IMG/VR virus record: IMGVR_UViG_3300037851_000259
Coordinates: 1-64,000 of that record
DNA from: a virus
Direction: 5' to 3' (one strand)
DNA: 64,000 nucleotides
Positions 44,201 to 51,521 of this stretch are shown in pieces. The position numbers and the translations under genes were made by a program. The notes under the pieces are model-generated. The model had not been told where the DNA came from. It did no database searches and saw only the letters and a list, made by a program, of their open reading frames with translations. Position 1 is the first letter of the stretch. Every line of letters starts with the position of its first letter.

Positions 44201-46016
44201 CAAGAGTAAGTATTTCGATGTGATGATGGCAATGTTTGAGTCTAAAGCTGGCGAGCCTGGGATTCTTCTTACCAACGACAACGACTATGGAAAGAACCCG
44301 TGTCAGCCTGCTAATGCCTTTCTCCTTACTCCAGAGGGCATTAAGAAGCTTGGAGATGTAAACATCGGGGATACCATTTGGTCTGGTAAGAGATGGACTA
44401 AGGTGGTGAACAAGTGGAGCACGGGAGTTAAGCCCGTATCGCTTTACATGACTCGGTATGGTTCGTTCCTTGGTACGTCCAATCATCGTGTGGTTGAGAA
44501 TGGCGTTAAGGTAGAAGCCAAGGATGCGACCGCTATTGACGTTTGCACGGGTCCTGCCCCTGAGTCTCTTGAAGACTACACAAGTGGCTCATTTGAGCAA
44601 GACCGAGGTCTCATTGATTTTGACCGCATGACATTTACTCTCCCGATAGAAGAGCGCCAGAAGTATTTGCGTAGATTCTTTGACCACAACGGAAGCATTA
44701 CCAACAACGGGAACACAATCTCGTTGATGTGTCACAGCGCTTTTGGTGTCTGGCTTCAGATGCTTCTGTCCAGTATGGGTGTCAGAAGCACTATTTCGGA
44801 TATAAAGAAGAACGCTAAAGGCAAGCATCGGGTAGTTATTACACATGACAAAGACATCTTTTTGAAGCTGATAGGCAAAGAAGCGTTGGCAGACTATTGT
44901 GTTCCAGACGATGAGAACCCACTTGTTCCGTTCACTTCCTCCCCAATCCTTGAGGTTGTTGATAAGGGCGAACATGAGGTGTTTGACCTTACTGTAGACG
45001 ATCCTGAGCACACTTACTGGACAGGTGGACTGCTTGTGTCTAACTGTGGCGAAGTGTCTCTGCGAGCCGTCTGCAATCTTACCGAAGTGAACGCTCCAGC
45101 TTGCGCTAATAAGTTTGAATTTCTTCAGGCTGTGAACGCTGCTGCCTTCATTGGGAAACTTCAGTCCACCTACACCAACTTTGGATATGTTCAAGACAGA
45201 TTCAAGCGTTGGGCAGAAGAAGAGCGTCTGTTGGGTATCTCTATTACGGGACAAGCTGACGCATGGCGGCTTATTGGTGACGCAGATGTACTGAGAAGTG
45301 GTGCAGCAGAAGCTCTCAGGACAGACGAAGAATGGTCGTATATTTTGGGTATGGGTCTCAGCCACCGACTGACCACAACAAAGCCATCTGGTAGCGCCTC
45401 CCTTCTTCTGGGGTCTGCACTCATTGGTGCGGTGTCCAGTGGCATTCATGCTTCTCATGCCGCTTTTTACATCAGAAGCGTTCGACTGGACAAAGTTGAC
45501 CCCGTTGCTAGGTATCTGATTAACGTCTTTGGTCTGGGTGAGCCTTGTTCAAATTCCATAATTGAACAGGACGCTATGTCACCGAATCTCATTGTTGTCA
45601 GAGTTCCTGTTAATAGTTCGGGCTCGCTCCTTAGGGGTAACGAAACAGCAATTCAGCTGATGAATCGTGCAAAGCATGTGTTCAATAACTGGATTAAACC
45701 CGCTCATCGTGAAGGCCCCAACTGTCATAACGTAAGCCTTACGGTGAACTACAAAGAGCATGAAAAGGGTCAAATCATGGACTGGATGCTTGAGAACGTA
45801 GACTGTTACGATGGCATCTCATTCCTTCCTTATTCGGATAGTACCTATGTGCAGATGCCGTTTGAAGAAATCACAATGCTTGACTATGCGGACTGGAGAG
45901 ATAAGTTTGTTGGAAAGGAAATTGACTTTTCCAAGATAAACTTTGCCAATACAGTAGACAAGAGGTATGGTGAAGCGGCTTGCTCAGGAGGCCAATGCAC
46001 AATAACCTCCTTGTAA
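41256..46016 (+). CDS. nrdJ: Class II (adenosylcobalamin-dependent) ribonucleotide reductase NrdJ, interrupted by three inteins
   Basis: - Extein motifs: VFYRTYS, PSMRSLQFAG...FN|CSF, GGTRR|SA, NP|CGEVSL..CNLTEVN.
- C-terminal CSGGQC.
- Start at the ATG at 41256 (GGAG plus 8 nt) rather than the track start at 41211. Confidence 0.85.
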   Translation: MSYSGPQLLSDLVFYRTYSATKQSGFKETYDETVDRAMQMHMDKFPKHTDAIARAFDFVRRKVVMPSMRSLQFAGKPITNENLRQFNCFSRDTEFITNEGIKSFYDFQDGDEVTVLSRKRQWKKATVRKFGKERLYELKVGYGRSGIKIIKTTANHRWPVVMPDKGGGTTEIVLTKDLVHGQKLSKNKVQTYIGNYCKIGLMHGIVFGDGTKQTTDPECFSEPTCIKLCDESVELSKHFFAGRHCSEIVEKGMPRPDRYTVHELPANWKKLPDDMNRRYILGFLMGWFAADGYVTKSGQVMLHSHKLSNLEWAADQLQMMGIQTSSIRKTRDTNPYNGEPADLWVLPFHNDGYLTSEFFVRTKHLDRFHKVEEKHEWRVVSVTETDVEEDVWCVQESETETFTLKNGLLTMNCSFLGMDSWKSFADLFYILCCGCGVGYSVQSHWLRHLPPVQKGSPGYFVVPDTREGWADSYLELFQNPEMEFVYGFIRPAGSVLSSGGTASGPWALKEAHEKIRNILRRAMGRRLRAIEAHDIACHIADSVVVGGTRRCLPYDSKIHTRRGLIDIKDVVVGDSVQTSKGYSDVSAVFDQGVQKTLLIHTDAGTLECTGNHKVAVINGYQSYEWKMAKDLSSEDRLVFNNLPLHAIPSRFPEEIYEVSSYATTLKNIILPELSEEISWFIGYFQGNGHVAIRTDNDNKKHGIVSVSVPSNAPDRLERAVSCLKQFGVNVTISETNGNWMVAKVVSMRLATYFLEHVKKPKVSMVVPDFISTGSYEQRAAYVAGLFDADGASNNRPVNISSIYPDFLKSIQSVCASLGIPTYIKLSRDASGNWKELFHLCFKSSGRHNLSKIVSRFGTKTLTERKSTRCSYSYKSSDVKWKKYPKHIRISVDALNIDAQPFVPVKVLSIEEGREVSTFDIEVKDVHEFYAEGFLVHNSACISMFDPEDEEMRLSKSGKWWEKNPQRARANNSAVIHRKDPDFKSKYFDVMMAMFESKAGEPGILLTNDNDYGKNPCQPANAFLLTPEGIKKLGDVNIGDTIWSGKRWTKVVNKWSTGVKPVSLYMTRYGSFLGTSNHRVVENGVKVEAKDATAIDVCTGPAPESLEDYTSGSFEQDRGLIDFDRMTFTLPIEERQKYLRRFFDHNGSITNNGNTISLMCHSAFGVWLQMLLSSMGVRSTISDIKKNAKGKHRVVITHDKDIFLKLIGKEALADYCVPDDENPLVPFTSSPILEVVDKGEHEVFDLTVDDPEHTYWTGGLLVSNCGEVSLRAVCNLTEVNAPACANKFEFLQAVNAAAFIGKLQSTYTNFGYVQDRFKRWAEEERLLGISITGQADAWRLIGDADVLRSGAAEALRTDEEWSYILGMGLSHRLTTTKPSGSASLLLGSALIGAVSSGIHASHAAFYIRSVRLDKVDPVARYLINVFGLGEPCSNSIIEQDAMSPNLIVVRVPVNSSGSLLRGNETAIQLMNRAKHVFNNWIKPAHREGPNCHNVSLTVNYKEHEKGQIMDWMLENVDCYDGISFLPYSDSTYVQMPFEEITMLDYADWRDKFVGKEIDFSKINFANTVDKRYGEAACSGGQCTITSL
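41517..42491 (+). mobile_element. NrdJ intein 1 (325 aa) with LAGLIDADG-type endonuclease
   Basis: Begins CFSRDTEFITNEG (TGT at 41517) and ends LLTMN (AAC at 42489-42491), followed by a +1 Cys. Motifs GLMHGIVFGDGT and LGFLMGWFAADGYV. Confidence 0.85.
42906..44066 (+). mobile_element. NrdJ intein 2 (387 aa) with LAGLIDADG-type endonuclease
   Basis: Begins CLPYDSKIHT (TGT at 42906) and ends GFLVHN (AAC at 44064-44066), followed by a +1 Ser. It splits GGTRR|SA. Motifs FIGYFQGNGHV and VAGLFDADGAS. Confidence 0.85.
44301..45044 (+). mobile_element. NrdJ intein 3 (248 aa), smaller, endonuclease domain degenerate or atypical
   Basis: Begins CQPANAFLLTPEG (TGT at 44301) and ends GLLVSN (AAC at 45042-45044), followed by a +1 Cys. 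It splits NP|CGE. Only one LAGLIDADG-like segment (LRRFFDHNGSI). Confidence 0.8.
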
Positions 46017-46041
46017 TAAACAAGAACAGGAGAACTGACTT

Positions 46042-47358
46042 ATGGATAGAGTGTACCGAAGTAGATACCAGAAAGCCGTGACGGTACATAGTAAGTCAGC
46101 TTCTCCTTCTAAGTTCAGGGTCGACGTTGCAGAAGGCTGTTCTGATTACCAGAAAGCAGATAAACAGATTACTCGATTCCAGCTGGCTCTGAACTCCTGT
46201 GGCATAGCTCACAGAGTTAATAGACGATCAATCATCATCAAGGAATGTCCATCGTGTCATAAGCAGTGGAAGCTGTGGATGTTCCGTCCTGACCCCAACA
46301 AGGGCGGAGGTATGACTGGAGGACAGTGTTGGAGATGCGGTACGTCGTTCAGTTCATTTACCTTGCTTCAGAAAATGACGTCGCTTTCCAATGAAAAGAT
46401 TGCTGCGCTCATCTCTCCCAATAAGAGGTACACTCCAGATCTAGAGAAGACTGACATTTGGGAACTTCCAGACTTCTTCTTGTCAGAAGAGCTTAGGGAT
46501 CTTGAGGAGAACATCAAAGAGATAGACATCCCAAAGAACTTCATGACTGTGGACTCGTACAGAGAACATCCCGCGTCTATATATGCAAGGAAACGAGGAA
46601 TCATACCCCCATATGATTCGTCAATATTCATTGATCCTCTGACCGCTTCTGTTGCATTCCCAATCTTGTGTCAAGACTTTTTGGTTGGCTTTCAGCGTAG
46701 GTTTATCGCTCCTCTTAACCCTAATCTAAGAATGAAGACTGATTCTGGTGTTCCAAGAGCTAGTTCGTTCATTTTTGTAGGTGAACCAAGCAGCAATATT
46801 TGCGTCGTAGAGGGACCTTTTGACGCGGTGGCCGCTGCTTGGTTTGGTTTCTATGCCATAGCTACCATGGGCAAAGAGATTACCCGCGCACAGGCTCAAG
46901 AGATTGCCTCATATGCCATACAGCATGCTGTTCCTGGCATATCTCCTGTTGTTCACATAGGTTTGGACTCTGACTCAGCAGGCGAAGAAGGAGCAAGAAC
47001 TCTTGCCAGATACCTTAACGCTTACGGTATCCCCTTCTGTCGAGTCTTCCCAGAAGACCCAGGTATCAAGGATTTCAATGACTTGCTTCTTAGGATTGTT
47101 AATCCACTTGAAATGACAGAGGCAATTCAGATAGATCCGAGAGGCATTGTCCGTTTTAAGAGAGATTGGGGCTGGGACTTGCCCATAATTGGCGACGTGG
47201 ATTTCTATAAGTTTATCTCGGCCACTACAGACAAGAAGATTATTGAATCTGCCAGAAGTTGGGACAACACAATCACCAACAAATACACATGGAAAGACGT
47301 GCGGGACGAGAAGACTAAGAAGAAAATACGCCAGTTTATGGAAAACCCAGCCAAGTAA
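46042..47358 (+). CDS. DNA primase (zinc finger plus TOPRIM, DnaG/T7 gp4-like)
   Basis: Zinc ribbon CPSCHK...CWRCG. TOPRIM motifs ICVVEGPFDAVAA and IGLDSDSAGEEGA. Confidence 0.75.
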   Translation: MDRVYRSRYQKAVTVHSKSASPSKFRVDVAEGCSDYQKADKQITRFQLALNSCGIAHRVNRRSIIIKECPSCHKQWKLWMFRPDPNKGGGMTGGQCWRCGTSFSSFTLLQKMTSLSNEKIAALISPNKRYTPDLEKTDIWELPDFFLSEELRDLEENIKEIDIPKNFMTVDSYREHPASIYARKRGIIPPYDSSIFIDPLTASVAFPILCQDFLVGFQRRFIAPLNPNLRMKTDSGVPRASSFIFVGEPSSNICVVEGPFDAVAAAWFGFYAIATMGKEITRAQAQEIASYAIQHAVPGISPVVHIGLDSDSAGEEGARTLARYLNAYGIPFCRVFPEDPGIKDFNDLLLRIVNPLEMTEAIQIDPRGIVRFKRDWGWDLPIIGDVDFYKFISATTDKKIIESARSWDNTITNKYTWKDVRDEKTKKKIRQFMENPAK

Positions 47359-47428
47359 CGCTTGTCCATTAAGCATTGCTAGGTTACCCTGCTACCAAAG
47401 CCCACAGCGGCATAGCAGGGAGAACCAA

Positions 47429-47773
47429 GTGAGCTATCTAATACACGACGTTGGCGAGAACAAGTTAAGCGTAGTCAACGTACTTCCAGACAATCTCAGT
47501 AACCATGGTGTTGATGGATCTTACTTGATTCATGATGTTGGCGAAAACCGACTAAAGGTCATCACCGTGACAAGCTGTGGCGGTGGTGATGCATATATAC
47601 CTTTTTGGTGGCTTTGTTCATTTGCCGCCGTCTGCTTGGCGGTCGTTACTATCACTTTGTACATCGTTGTCGGTTCGGATAGCGTGACAGCAGTTAAGTA
47701 CATGCTGGGAGGCACGGTATTCCTGTTTGTTTTAAGCTATCTCACCCACAAGCCAATCGGAGGCAAAAAGTGA
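47429..47773 (+). CDS. Small membrane protein with duplicated N-terminal motif
   Basis: GTG at 47429 after AGGGAG. SYLIHDVGEN(K/R)L occurs twice, followed by two hydrophobic helices and a KPIGGKK tail. The longer track ORF from 47189 overlaps the primase gene. Confidence 0.45.
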   Translation: MSYLIHDVGENKLSVVNVLPDNLSNHGVDGSYLIHDVGENRLKVITVTSCGGGDAYIPFWWLCSFAAVCLAVVTITLYIVVGSDSVTAVKYMLGGTVFLFVLSYLTHKPIGGKK

Positions 47774-48156
47774 AGACTGTCTTTGAATGGAGAATTGAAG
47801 ATTGGCATTCAACTGTGTTGTTGCAAGTCAACTACCAGTACGATCCGATTAGAGCGGCTCCCGACACCTTTTATCAGGGCATGGACATTGTAACGAGAGA
47901 TAACGTAAATCTCATGGGAACCACTCTGGTATTGAGCCATTGTCAGTCAGATGATGTAAGTCCGTTGGCCATGAGAGATTTTGGGGAACCTGATAAGGCG
48001 CAGGCTTATGTAGCGAAAGCAAAAGCAGCAATCCGTAATCACATCAAGAATGTCTACCCTGCTGACAGGGTGTTTGTGGAATCTGATGGCCGAACCGAAA
48101 CCTTCATGGTTTTGGGCGCATTTGAAGAGCCGGACAGTACGTTGGAGGAACTGTGA
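47770..48156 (+). CDS. Paralog family member 1 (hypothetical)
   Basis: FEWRIEDWHSTVLLQVNYQ, GTTLVLSH and AKAAIRNHIKNVYP align with the other members. Confidence 0.55.
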   Translation: MKTVFEWRIEDWHSTVLLQVNYQYDPIRAAPDTFYQGMDIVTRDNVNLMGTTLVLSHCQSDDVSPLAMRDFGEPDKAQAYVAKAKAAIRNHIKNVYPADRVFVESDGRTETFMVLGAFEEPDSTLEEL

Positions 48157-48538
48157 CAGTTCTTCTGAAAGCAAGACTTTCTCGGTTTGATAACACCTTG
48201 GTGTTCCAGGTTCTGGAACAATCAAGGGAATTCTTCCGACGTTGTGCAGGTCAGCACAGTGGTGGTAGTCAAAGGGAATTCAGCCTAAGAACCGAAAAAG
48301 GTACTGTAAACATAGACGAGGGGAACCCTGTATATACGAACAGACAGTTCTCTACCTTAGAGGCTGGAACCAAACGTCTGGAACCTTTTACAAGGTGCAT
48401 ACCAGAATGTACACCTCTGCTGCTCATGCCGCTGAAAGACTGAACGGATTTGTATATGTGTTCGAATCCATGGTAACTCTTGAATCGGGATTGGCGTTTA
48501 AGCGTGAGGAAGATTTTCTAACTCTATACCGGACTTAG
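48153..48538 (+). pseudogene. Paralog family member 2, interrupted by a -1 frameshift (pseudogene, sequencing error or recoding)
   Basis: - Frame A (48153 onward): ARLSRFDNTLVFQVLEQSREF...FSLRTEKG, homologous to members 3 and 4.
- From about 48332 homology continues only in the -1 frame (IYEQTVLYLRGWNQ... versus YIGQTLIVYLRGTS), ending at the TAG at 48536-48538.
- Frame A stops at 48443 after non-homologous sequence. Confidence 0.6.
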
Positions 48539-48546
48539 TAGGAAGT

Positions 48547-48900
48547 ATGGACTATCTAATCTACAGATTCTCTCGGTGGAACAAAGAATATTCTGCTTTC
48601 CAGATTTTGGTACAGAATCCGGCTATAGGATCTGATTTTGAGACGATGAGCCCTATTTTCTCGCTTCGCTCAAAGCAGCATCCCGAAATGAAATATATAG
48701 GCCAAACTCTCATCGTCTATCTTAGAGGGACCAGCCGGTATCTTGATTTCATGGTGACTAGGGTCAATCGCTCCATAAGTCCAGTTAAGTTTTCTCAGTA
48801 TATGCTGAACGCTTTGAAAACACGTCTGAATAAACCCGGATTAGAGGTTCACTCGCTGCCTGATGATATGTTTGTCATTAGGGATGGAGGAACGCTATGA
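48547..48900 (+). CDS. Paralog family member 3 (hypothetical)
   Basis: YRFSRWNKEYSAFQILVQNP...FSLRSKQHPEMKYIGQTLIVYLRGTS. Confidence 0.6.
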   Translation: MDYLIYRFSRWNKEYSAFQILVQNPAIGSDFETMSPIFSLRSKQHPEMKYIGQTLIVYLRGTSRYLDFMVTRVNRSISPVKFSQYMLNALKTRLNKPGLEVHSLPDDMFVIRDGGTL

Positions 48901-49259
48901 ACCTGCTGATTAGGTACCGCGTTTCTCTGTGGAGCGATGGCAGACTGGCGTTCCAGATATTGGAACAATCAAGAAGAATAAGGTTTGATGAAACAGAGAC
49001 CGAAGGCTCTGGTTACAAATGGTTTGTGAGAGTGTGCGCCCATCCAGAAGTGACAGGGGACAACACCGTCAACTCTATCTACCTCAGAGGTTCTGAGTCA
49101 CTCAAAGATTACTATGTTTCAGTAATAGACTACGCAAAACCAGGAATGGTAAGCGGCATACGCGATGCCATCAGAAGAAGCTTAATGGCGTATGTGCCAT
49201 CAGAGACTATAGACGAAGAAACTGGAATAGTGAGTCTGCATACCCATGCCTCAATTTAA
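48897..49259 (+). CDS. Paralog family member 4 (hypothetical)
   Basis: YRVSLWSDGRLAFQILEQSRR...NSIYLRGSES...IRDAIRRSLMAYVP. 4-nt overlap with member 3. Confidence 0.6.
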   Translation: MNLLIRYRVSLWSDGRLAFQILEQSRRIRFDETETEGSGYKWFVRVCAHPEVTGDNTVNSIYLRGSESLKDYYVSVIDYAKPGMVSGIRDAIRRSLMAYVPSETIDEETGIVSLHTHASI

Positions 49260-49773
49260 TCGACCTCTCTTTCTAAAACGCAAACGGCTAGTCTTCCGAT
49301 TTAGGATGTCTAGGTGGGGGAGGAATGCGACTGCCTTGATGTTTCTTTATACAGATAAAGTCATGAAAGGCCGGTTAGATGACTTAGACTGCTACATCTA
49401 CATATCTGATGGTGCAGACACAGAGTTTTATGTAAGTCGTTTCAGTTACGGATTTCGTATATATTCAGGCAAACGTCCAGAAGTGTACGTTGGACACTGT
49501 TTCCCAACAACGCTCGAACACAACAAAGCTGTCTATATTCTGTTGACTGGTCTTAAGAAGTTTTGCAAGCAGCGTTCTCCAATTGGTTCCGTGGCCTCCC
49601 ATAAGTTCTATCAAGAACAGTCCATGTACGAAGTGTATGTCACCGTACCTCCTATGCTTGTTGTGCTATGGTACGCCACCATTTCCCTGCTCTACTACGT
49701 CTATGGCACAATCTTAAAGAACCTGAAGCAAGTCCTCATCCGATTCAGACGGGCTGTTTCTGACTGGTATTGA
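49246..49773 (+). CDS. Paralog family member 5 with C-terminal transmembrane segment (hypothetical)
   Basis: FRFRMSRWGRNATALMFLY resembles the family N-terminus. The C-terminal PPMLVVLWYATISLLYYVYGTIL is hydrophobic. Confidence 0.5.
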   Translation: MPQFNRPLFLKRKRLVFRFRMSRWGRNATALMFLYTDKVMKGRLDDLDCYIYISDGADTEFYVSRFSYGFRIYSGKRPEVYVGHCFPTTLEHNKAVYILLTGLKKFCKQRSPIGSVASHKFYQEQSMYEVYVTVPPMLVVLWYATISLLYYVYGTILKNLKQVLIRFRRAVSDWY

Positions 49774-49905
49774 ACTTTTGCTTGTGTTTTGAGCAAAAGT
49801 CACAAACACGTCCTAAAAACATCTCATCTTAAATCACAACTTCACCACGCCATTCGTATAATCTCCTTTAGTGTTAAGAAACAAACCTAAAAGGAGATCT
49901 GACAC

Positions 49906-51399
49906 ATGACTGTTGGTAATTTTCAGCCGATGAGCGGTCAAGAGCTTCAGGCTATCGCTACTAAACTCGAAGGACTCACCAAGTCGTTTGCAGCCGGATT
50001 CCCCGGACTGAGCAATGCCGGTCGTACTCAGACGTCGGCTGTCGCTATCGACAATCTTGAGCCCACTCTCCGTTCCATTGCCCTTGAGGAAGAGGATTTC
50101 CTCCTCATCAAAGATATTCAGCAGATGCCTGCTAAGTCTTCGGTGTATCAATATGTGATGAAGACTGCCGTCCGAGGCGGTGTGGACCTCTGGGGTGTGG
50201 AGAACTTTCTCCCCCAGGAAGACCATGCGAAATATATGCGCGTCGCCGAAGTGCTCAAGGTACAAGGCATCCGCAAGACCATCACTCACATGGCTCAGCT
50301 GATCAACGAAGTCGGCGGATACATGGTGGACCTCGAAGCTGAAAATGACCAGAATGCTGCGATGGCAATGTCTGAGTCACTTGAGCGCGCACTGTATAGC
50401 GGTGGCGACTATTACATGGACAGCACTGGCGAAATCGACGCAACTATCGCTGCCAACCCCAATGGCCCGGTTCGTCAGATTCGTGGTATCCAGGCTCAGA
50501 TTCGCGAAGGTAACTACTCCGCTCGTGGTATCCCCGGCGACTTCGTGGGCTACGGTAACAACCAAACAACTCTGGCCGATGCTCGTGGAGCTACCCTCTC
50601 CCGTGAGTTCGTGGACAAGATTTGCGTTGCCGTGCGAAACAACCGTGGAAAGATTGAAGAAGCTCACTGTACGACCAATCAGCTCCAGAGCTTCCGTTCG
50701 ACGTTCTTCCCGTTCGAGCGTGGAGACATGGGCGCTTGGTACGCTCCTAAGGGTGCTGGCGTGGACATCGAGCCCAAGTCTGGCTTCAACCTGAAGACCG
50801 TGACTGGCGACGTGAACTTCATCCCCTCAGTGTTCAAGTTCAGCCGCATCTATGTTGAGCCGGTGTACGGTTCGGTGGGCTCTGCTCCTTCGACCCCGAC
50901 CATCACTTCGACCACTCCGACCGCTGGAACCACTAACTTCAAGAACGGCGACGTGTTCGTGTACACTGTCCAGGCTTGGAATGTGAACGGCGCTTCGATG
51001 GGTTCGTCAACCTCTACCGCTACGCTGACCGCCGACGGACAATATGTGCCTGTGGTGATTGCTGCTCAATCCGGTGTTGAGGAGTTCTGGGTGTTCCGTA
51101 CCGACGCAACTGGCGTGGGCGTGCCGAAGTTTGTGGGTCGTGTGGTTGCCGCTCGTGCTGGCGCTACGACTTTCGTGGACACTGGCAAGATCCTTCCTGG
51201 GTTTGACTCGGTGGTGTTCTTCCCGAAGAAGTCGAATCGGGCGAAGTTGGCTGTCTTGAGTAACTTGCTCACAAAGATGAAGCTTGGAAGAACAGGTTTG
51301 GTGGAAGAAATCGTTTATGTAAGCTATCTTGCTTGTATTCTCGAATTCCCTCGACACCACGCACTTGCAATGAATGTGTATCAAGAACTCGATCTCTAA
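49906..51399 (+). CDS. Probable major capsid protein (HK97-fold type)
   Basis: 497 aa with AAAGGAG SD. Strongly optimal codon usage (CGT, GGT, GCT, CTG, NNC), TATAAT at about 49855-49860 and a strong terminator directly after. Size and composition are typical. No motif-level proof. Confidence 0.6.
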   Translation: MTVGNFQPMSGQELQAIATKLEGLTKSFAAGFPGLSNAGRTQTSAVAIDNLEPTLRSIALEEEDFLLIKDIQQMPAKSSVYQYVMKTAVRGGVDLWGVENFLPQEDHAKYMRVAEVLKVQGIRKTITHMAQLINEVGGYMVDLEAENDQNAAMAMSESLERALYSGGDYYMDSTGEIDATIAANPNGPVRQIRGIQAQIREGNYSARGIPGDFVGYGNNQTTLADARGATLSREFVDKICVAVRNNRGKIEEAHCTTNQLQSFRSTFFPFERGDMGAWYAPKGAGVDIEPKSGFNLKTVTGDVNFIPSVFKFSRIYVEPVYGSVGSAPSTPTITSTTPTAGTTNFKNGDVFVYTVQAWNVNGASMGSSTSTATLTADGQYVPVVIAAQSGVEEFWVFRTDATGVGVPKFVGRVVAARAGATTFVDTGKILPGFDSVVFFPKKSNRAKLAVLSNLLTKMKLGRTGLVEEIVYVSYLACILEFPRHHALAMNVYQELDL

Positions 51400-51425
51400 T
51401 AACTTATTCATTAAGTTATTCAGCT

Positions 51426-51457
51426 AAGCCATAAGGAAACTTATGGCTTTTCTTTTT
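51426..51457 (+). terminator. Rho-independent terminator
   Basis: Stem AAGCCATAAG/CTTATGGCTT, loop GAAA, then TTTCTTTTT. Confidence 0.85.
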
Positions 51458-51521
51458 GCCACAACCGTTGACAAATGACCAATTAGTGCTGTATGCTGTC
51501 TTAGGTAAGAAGGAGACAGAC

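Noticed and set aside
42444-45458. Long minus-strand ORFs 42444..43118 (224 aa), 43187..43570 and 44589..45458 (289 aa) inside the nrdJ/intein gene
   Set aside because: The + strand frame is validated by RNR extein motifs and intein junctions across these coordinates. The antisense translations have no motifs or start signals.
51456-51521. Upstream extension of the endonuclease-like ORF to the track start at 51456
   Set aside because: It would begin inside the T-tract of the capsid-gene terminator and ahead of the putative promoter. The ATG at 51522 has a proper AAGGAG.
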